64,000 bases of DNA from Adineta vaga (taxonomy: Eukaryota; Animalia; Rotifera). Positions 57,463 through 64,000 of the stretch are shown here, piece by piece (position 1 is the first letter of the stretch; every line of letters starts with the position of its first letter). Below the pieces are notes generated by a model. It saw only the letters and a program-made list of their open reading frames with translations, did no database searches and was not told the origin of the DNA. The DNA lies in assembly GCA_021613535.1 (NCBI GenBank), contig CP075493.1:5642001-5706000 (forward strand). Direction: 5' to 3'. The position numbers and the translations under genes are program-made.

Positions 57463-58802
57463 ATGTCTACGAATCGATATACCATATTAATTTGTTTTAC
57501 ACTTTTCATATTGGAATCAATCAATTCCGATTTGAATAACACAATACATCAGAAAAGACGTTTACGTATTCGTCGTCGTGAATTTATTCAAGAAGAAGTT
57601 CAAAAAACGATGTCAAATTATATGACAAGTATCAAAGGTGAAATAACTGATATCATTCTCGAAGAAATGATTGCTTATTATAATGATCAACAAACGAAAT
57701 TATATGATTTAGAAAAAGAATTAATCAATGTGAAAAATTCATCATTACCAATTCGAAATGTGAATAGAACATTGAATGAATTAGTTTCACAGATGAATAA
57801 AGAACAACGTTCATTTGCATTAAATATATCATCAATGGAAAATAAAGTTAAAAATCTAACAAATATGATCAATATTTTATCAAATAAATTACAACAGAAA
57901 TCTCTTCAACAAGGAAGAACACTTATTTCAGTTAAAAGAAATTTAGATAATAATGATTTACCAATAGGTAAATATTCATTGTTTTCAATGTTTTGAAATT
58001 CATCGTTGCTTTTAGATTGTGATGATATACTTCATCAACAACCATCAAATATTTCAGAAGGAATTTTTCGTATAAAACCTCGCTCATCATCACAATCATT
58101 TGATGTTAAATGTATATTTGAAAATAATACGGGTAAGAAAAGGCAGAGAAAATGTTAATCAAATTTATTTTCTCATATTGAAAATTAGGTTGGTCAGTTA
58201 TTCAACAACGAATGAATGGTACAGTAGATTTCTATCGTGAATGGAAGGAATATAAAGATGGATTTGGTGATTTACAAACAGAATTTTGGTTAGGTAATGA
58301 GAAAATTCATCAATTAACAAAACAAGAAAAATATGTGTAAGGCTATTATTCAGATAAATCTTGTTTTTCACTATCTTATTCTAGTCTTCGAATTGATTTA
58401 AAACCATGGGATGCATCGATTCTTATTGCTGAATATGGTCGATTTATGTTAGATAATGAAAATGAAAATTATAAATTATATATATCAGATTATCATGCAA
58501 ATATTTCAACTGCTGGTGACTCTCTTTCATCAGCATGGGATACTGCAAATGGTGCTTCATTTTCAACATATGATCATGATTCTGATAAATTATTTTATGA
58601 TAATTGTGCATTAATCTATCATGGTGCATGGTGGTTTACTAACTGTTTTCAATCACATCTCAATGGTATTTATGTTCGATCACCACTTGCTCTACAAAAT
58701 ACAGCACGAAATGGTTTACATTGGAATACATATGCATTACATCATTCAATGCAAGCAACGACCATGCGAATACGACGACAAACAACATTGGAAATGCATT
58801 GA
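57463..58802 (+). CDS. Secreted fibrinogen-related protein (angiopoietin-like architecture: signal, coiled coil, FReD), 4 exons
   Basis: [44 protein letters not shown]; FSTYDHDSD...[22 protein letters not shown]; polybasic RRLRIRRR after the signal peptide. Confidence 0.92.
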
Positions 58803-60043
58803 CTTACCTTTTCCTTTTTTGTTTTCATGAAAAACTAAATAAAACATAAAAATTGTTTGCACTATTTAATCGATGTTTCACCTAACCGATCCAATGAAAT
58901 GGAACAAGAAACATGTCTGAATTCAAATTAGATATTTATCAACAGAACATGCTTGTTCAAATCATAACAGTGGACCGTCAGGTACCCGCTCGAACACCGT
59001 ATATCCATCTCCACCACGAAATACACAGGTCCATGTGTAATGCGTCTCTAAAAGAGCCGATTGCGTAGCCGCTAATTGGAGATAGAATGGCATTCAAAGC
59101 AGGCCTGTCAATCCGGAAAGAATGAAAAGCTCGTAGACGAAAGTGAAAGACGCGGTGGGAATCCAACGATCCAAGATGAATCTTGAAAGATCATCGAGTC
59201 GCATGGAGTCACCGCAAATCATTAGCCAAATACTTCTTGCATCAGTTTTTGGATTCGAAGTAAGCGGAGTTGATCTCGCAAAGCACAAACGTAACAACGC
59301 ACGTTCTACTTCACTGTTTAAGATGAAGAACAACACGCAAAACAACGCGTATATATACCCATCGACAGACATTGCACCACCAACATATAATAACTGCTTT
59401 TTTTACGCCTCAAAACAGTCCTATTTCATCGATGTTTTGAAAGAAATTACACGCGGCAGAATAAAAAAAGCATTATTATTGCACAACACAAAATAAGAGC
59501 AAAGAAAACTTGCATTTTTTGATAAGCAATGCAAATTTACTTTGTAAAAATCGTATAGTTAATAGTCGTTCGGTCGTTCGTCAACACAAGAAAATAGAAA
59601 CGTTTTTCCAACATACTGACGTTGGTTGTATATCAATGTGTCATTGAATGAATAATTAACTAAACTAATACATGAAATTTATGAATATATCAATCGATCT
59701 TTATTAGATTGAGAGTTGTCTACTGAAAGAGAAAATCTGTGCTTTAATGATTTGAATTAGAACATATGCATAAGTTTCTATTTTTCAAATAGATGTCGCT
59801 ATATCTATGTGATAGAGTATTTTAATTGCAAAAGAAAGCAAATAGAGGATCAATGAAATAAACATAGAAGGTAAAATTAGGATCGAAAAAAGAATAAATA
59901 GATGGCATCGTTTAAATAGGAATTTGTTGTTATTTCTATAAAAAAATACAATATCTGCTCTGCTGTTTTGATTAGATCAATGTAAGATAAAATAAAATAG
60001 TAGTTTTAATCATTCAATCAATCTCCAATGTCGAGGAGCTAAA

Positions 60044-60854
60044 ATGAATTTTTTATTGTATGTTATTCATCATAGAATACTTCGATATTTTGATCGTATT
60101 TGTTTTTTTTTGCCTCTAGTCGACAACAACGTACATTTAAACCTCATCGAAATATACCAGAAGGTAATTTATCTGTTCATTGATATGTATCATTATCTTT
60201 CTTGTTGAATAGGTACTAAACAACATGATCTAATGAGACATGCTCAAAATACGCTCGGAAGTGGAAATCTGCGTTTAGCTGTACAATTACCTGACGGTGA
60301 AGATCAAAACGAATGGATTGCTGTGAATAGTAATAAAATTTTCATTAGAAAAAGTTTCATCTCATAATCGATCATTTAATTTAGTTGTGGATTTTTTCAA
60401 TCAAATTAATATGCTCTACGGTACAATTACTGAATTCTGTACAGAAACAACATGTGTTTTAATGACAGCTGGACCGAAATATGAATATCATTGGGCGGAT
60501 GGTCAAATAATAAAAAAACCGATTAAATGTTCAGCTCCACGTTATATTGATTATTTAATGTCATGGGTTCAAGATCAACTTGATGATGAAATTCTTTTTC
60601 CATCTAAAATTGGTGTACCATTTCCAAAAAATTTCCTTTCCATTGCAAAAACAATCTTAAAACGTTTATTTCGTGTTTATGCTCATATATATCATCAACA
60701 TTTTAAAGAAGTTGTTATGCTTAAAGAAGAAGCACATTTAAATACATCGTTCAAACATTTTGTTTATTTTATTCAAGAATTTTCTTTAGTGGAAAAAAAA
60801 GAATTAGCACCATTACAAGAATTAATCGATCGTCTAACAACTAAAGATCATTAG
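60044..60854 (+). CDS. MOB1: MOB kinase activator 1, 4 exons
   Basis: RTFKPHRNIPEGTKQHDLMRHAQNTLGSGNLRLAVQLPDGEDQNEWIAVN; DFFNQINMLYGTITEFC; KRLFRVYAHIYHQHF. Confidence 0.96.
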
Positions 60855-61180
60855 TGAGAGAAATTTTCTTTCTTTTGTTCTAGTCAAATGAATTCAATCA
60901 GAGAAAGAATATTTATTGTATATATATATATATGTGAGAAACAACTACTGCATGCCATCTCTTCTTTGTTTTGTTTTATTCTTATGTGCGATTGATCTGC
61001 TGATCTTTTCTTTTGTCTCTGTTAAAAAAGATTTTTTGAAAACGTTTTTTTTTCTCTCACGATATGATCAAATTAATACTTCTACTAACAATGAATACAA
61101 ACAACACGTATATTAATCTCTTTCTTTCATTTTGTAACGATAATTATTCAGAAAGAAAACATATTGTTGTCTCATTTTAG

Positions 61181-61896
61181 ATGTCTGATATGCATTTTAG
61201 TCTATTAAATCAATCTCATAATCATCTACTAACTTATGGTGCATTTGAACAAGTTCGTCTGATTGCTCTTCGACATTATTGGATACCAAATTCTATTCTT
61301 TTCCATTTACAAAATGATGAATCAGATTATGCATTTGAATTTTCTCTCATAACATCGAATGAACATTATTATTTATATATACCATGGAATATTGATGAAC
61401 ATCCAATTCAATGTCATATATCATGTCGAAAATTAGCTGATGATGGTTATGCATGGACAATACGTATGTTAGATCGAATATTAAGATTATTGTGTGATCA
61501 TTGTCCAGGTCTCTTTCAATTGGAATATAAAAATGGTTTATTTGGCCGTCAAATAAATCGTCCTATTATCTATAATGGTCTTACTAATCTTTGTCCATTG
61601 GAATACAGTCATTGGAAACAACGTGTACAGTTACAATATGATCGTTTAAGTCCAACAAGAGAAACAGCAACAATCCTATCAGATATCGAACAAACAAATA
61701 ATGGCAATGAATATGCCATACGTTCAATAAAATATCAAACACTTGGTCATGGAAGAATATTGAATGAAACTCATTATGATTGGTACGTGTGATATGTGTG
61801 CAATAATTAATTATGATCTTTAGGTCAGATGAAATTTCTTTTCTTTATTTTTGTTTCGTTCTATTAGAACTATTCAAAAATAGTAAACCTAATTAA
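61181..61896 (+). CDS. Uncharacterised globular protein (about 224 aa)
   Basis: 203-aa ORF starts immediately after TTTTAG. A probable 41-nt intron (61783-61823) extends it to TAA at 61896. Confidence 0.65.
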
Positions 61897-62082
61897 TTCT
61901 TTCTTTCTTTCTTTCTTCACCTATCAATTAAATCCATTTCAAAGCGTTTGTTGAAATGTGATATGATCGAAATGATTACTACTATTATTATTCTTCAAAA
62001 TTGAAAATAAACAATTGAAATCATTATCGATCAAATATGTTCTTTCTATTTTCAGATAGACATTTTCGTTATTTTGTATCAC

Positions 62083-62445
62083 ATGGCAACCTCATCATCA
62101 TCATCAACAACAACAACATCAACGACAACTGAAACAAAACAATCTTCACGAGAAAATCCTCCGATTCTCGTGTTAGGATTAAATAATCCAACAGAAAATG
62201 GTCCACGTGTACGTTGGACAGAAGAAACAATTGATAATGAACATATGAACAAAAAGAAGTCGAAATGTTGTTGTATATATACCAAACCACATGATCCACA
62301 GTTGGATGATAATCAAACGGACGAAGAAAAAGAATTCGATAATTGTCAACATTGCCGATATCATACAGAGTCCGATTATGCTGCTAAAACCGAAGATAGA
62401 CAAGCAAAGATCAAATTAGTTATTGGAAAATCAGATACTTCTTAA
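62083..62445 (+). CDS. PPP1R11: Protein phosphatase 1 inhibitor-3
   Basis: RVRWTEETIDNEHMNKKKSKCCCIYTKP (RVxW PP1-docking motif and CCC motif). Confidence 0.93.
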   Translation: MATSSSSSTTTTSTTTETKQSSRENPPILVLGLNNPTENGPRVRWTEETIDNEHMNKKKSKCCCIYTKPHDPQLDDNQTDEEKEFDNCQHCRYHTESDYAAKTEDRQAKIKLVIGKSDTS

Positions 62446-62572
62446 ATAAAAACTAAATGTTCCAATAATTTATTTCTTAACAAATTAAAATCTCATCGTG
62501 TAATCTTCTTTTTATTCTATAATTTTTTTAGATTATCTCGTTATTTTTATCTTTGAAACTTAACCAACAACC

Positions 62573-63034
62573 ATGGGTCGTGTTCGTACAAAAACAATCA
62601 AGAAAGCATCACGTCAAATTATCGAGAAATATTACACAAAATTAACACTCGATTTTCACACTAACAAACGTGTTGTCGAAGAAATCGCGATTATTCCAAC
62701 GAAACGTCTTCGAAATCAAATCGCTGGTTTCATTACACATTTAATGAAACGTATTCAAGCTGGACCTGTTCGTGGTATTTCAATTAAACTTCAAGAAGAA
62801 GAACGTGAACGACGGGATAACTATGTTCCTGAAGTTTCAGCACTTGAACCTCAAACAATGATCGCAATCGATCAAGATACAAAGGACATGTTAAATGCAT
62901 TCGATTTCAAAAATTTAAATAACGTTAGTGTACAAGAAAGTAATGATCAACAAAATCAACAACAAGGTGGAAATCAACGTGGTGGTCATGAACGACAACA
63001 AGGTGGATATGCTCGACGAGCTGGTTTTCAATAA
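62573..63034 (+). CDS. RPS17: 40S ribosomal protein S17 (eS17), intronless CDS with Q/G/R-rich tail
   Basis: [21 protein letters not shown]...[28 protein letters not shown]. Confidence 0.97.
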   Translation: MGRVRTKTIKKASRQIIEKYYTKLTLDFHTNKRVVEEIAIIPTKRLRNQIAGFITHLMKRIQAGPVRGISIKLQEEERERRDNYVPEVSALEPQTMIAIDQDTKDMLNAFDFKNLNNVSVQESNDQQNQQQGGNQRGGHERQQGGYARRAGFQ

Positions 63035-63290
63035 AGACAACGTCGAAAATCAAGCGATTAGAAAAGCAAATGCCAAACGAGAAAATAAAATTCATCCCAT
63101 TCAATTAACAAATAATAACAATCTAGCAAAAAATGCATTTGCTTCATTGTTTTTGCTTTGTTTTTGTATGAAAATTATCATCAAATAAAATGGGATAAAT
63201 AAAAAAAAAACTAACAACAAAAATTTCTTCTAAATTTAATGCTCGATTTCTTTGAAAGATCATTGATTTAGTCTTTATTTTAGATTTAAA

Positions 63291-64000
63291 ATGTATTTAA
63301 CAACATTTGAATCGAAAATTCATTCTAATTCAATAGAAAAAAATCCATTTCGACTTGGATCAAGTCAAGTCGATTGGTGTGAACCAAATTATGTTGTTAA
63401 TGAATATATAGCCGAATTTTGGAATACAGTAAGTAAACAAATCGAAATTATTCTTAATATCGGAAAACTAATCTTACGCTTTACTAATAATCACTCGAAC
63501 AATAATTAAAAGTATATTTATATTGCAGGCTAACATACTAAATCATTCATTTATAAGGTAACATTCTGACTTGTTTTCCGTTTTTATTTTTGGAATTTGC
63601 TCTATTTTTACCCATATGAATGCATGCTCATTTGTTACTCCTGCTTGCTATTTTAATAATGGAATAGTGTGGTTTATTTGACTAGAAGTTGTTTTTCTTC
63701 TCCTCATTTCAAATAAAATATGAAATGTCTATATGAAAATTGCCCTTTCTTTGTTAAGATATCCAATGTGTTCTTCTTCTTGGTACCACCAATAATGATT
63801 TATCTCTTTCAACCATATTCGAAACGAGTAGCCAATGGAATTATGATATTATGGATTATATTAATTATTATTGGTATTGGTTCAGTTTACTTTCATGCTA
63901 CACTAAGTCTCGTATGTTTTATAACGATGCTGATTGTAAATAAAAAGTTTCATTCACTGATTTGTTAAGGTTGGACAATTAGTTGATGAAATATCCATTC
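63291..64000 (+). CDS. ACER2: Alkaline ceramidase (ACER1/2-like), 3' end runs off the window
   Basis: SSQVDWCEPNYVVNEYIAEFWNT|ISNVFFF...IGIGSVYFHATLSL|VGQLVDEISI. Confidence 0.9.

Overview
AT-rich, gene-dense eukaryotic (metazoan) DNA with many GT-AG introns of about 50-60 nt. Gene content and style suggest a bdelloid rotifer or similar small invertebrate (inference). About 28 protein-coding loci can be reconstructed by eye: PRPF40, PSMB2, TIMM8, a CRACD-like gene, a DUF389 protein, a DnaJ-B, a calmodulin-like protein, an NCKAP5-like gene, a DEG/ENaC channel, two tandem HR96/NR1J receptors, USP30, two tandem AOAH genes, a fibrinogen-related protein, MOB1, PPP1R11, RPS17, ACER and several orphans. 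There is also a 932-bp foldback Tc1/mariner derivative. Most notable: (1) a ~1,250-aa all-in-one putative RNA end-repair enzyme (RWD-like + MJ1316 + EEP + 2H + poly(A) polymerase); (2) a three-exon prepropeptide gene absent from the ORF track, predicted to release the single-disulfide peptide NCFLYAMKTQNRASKWMCW; (3) two operon-like clusters of tightly packed, co-oriented genes, each preceded by an apparently unpaired splice acceptor; (4) a DnaJ gene nested antisense in the first intron of a secreted orphan gene; (5) gene-conversion-like tracts in both tandem pairs. Several 1-nt indels look like assembly errors. No tRNA, rRNA or CRISPR was recognised. All gene models are manual, with no database searches.
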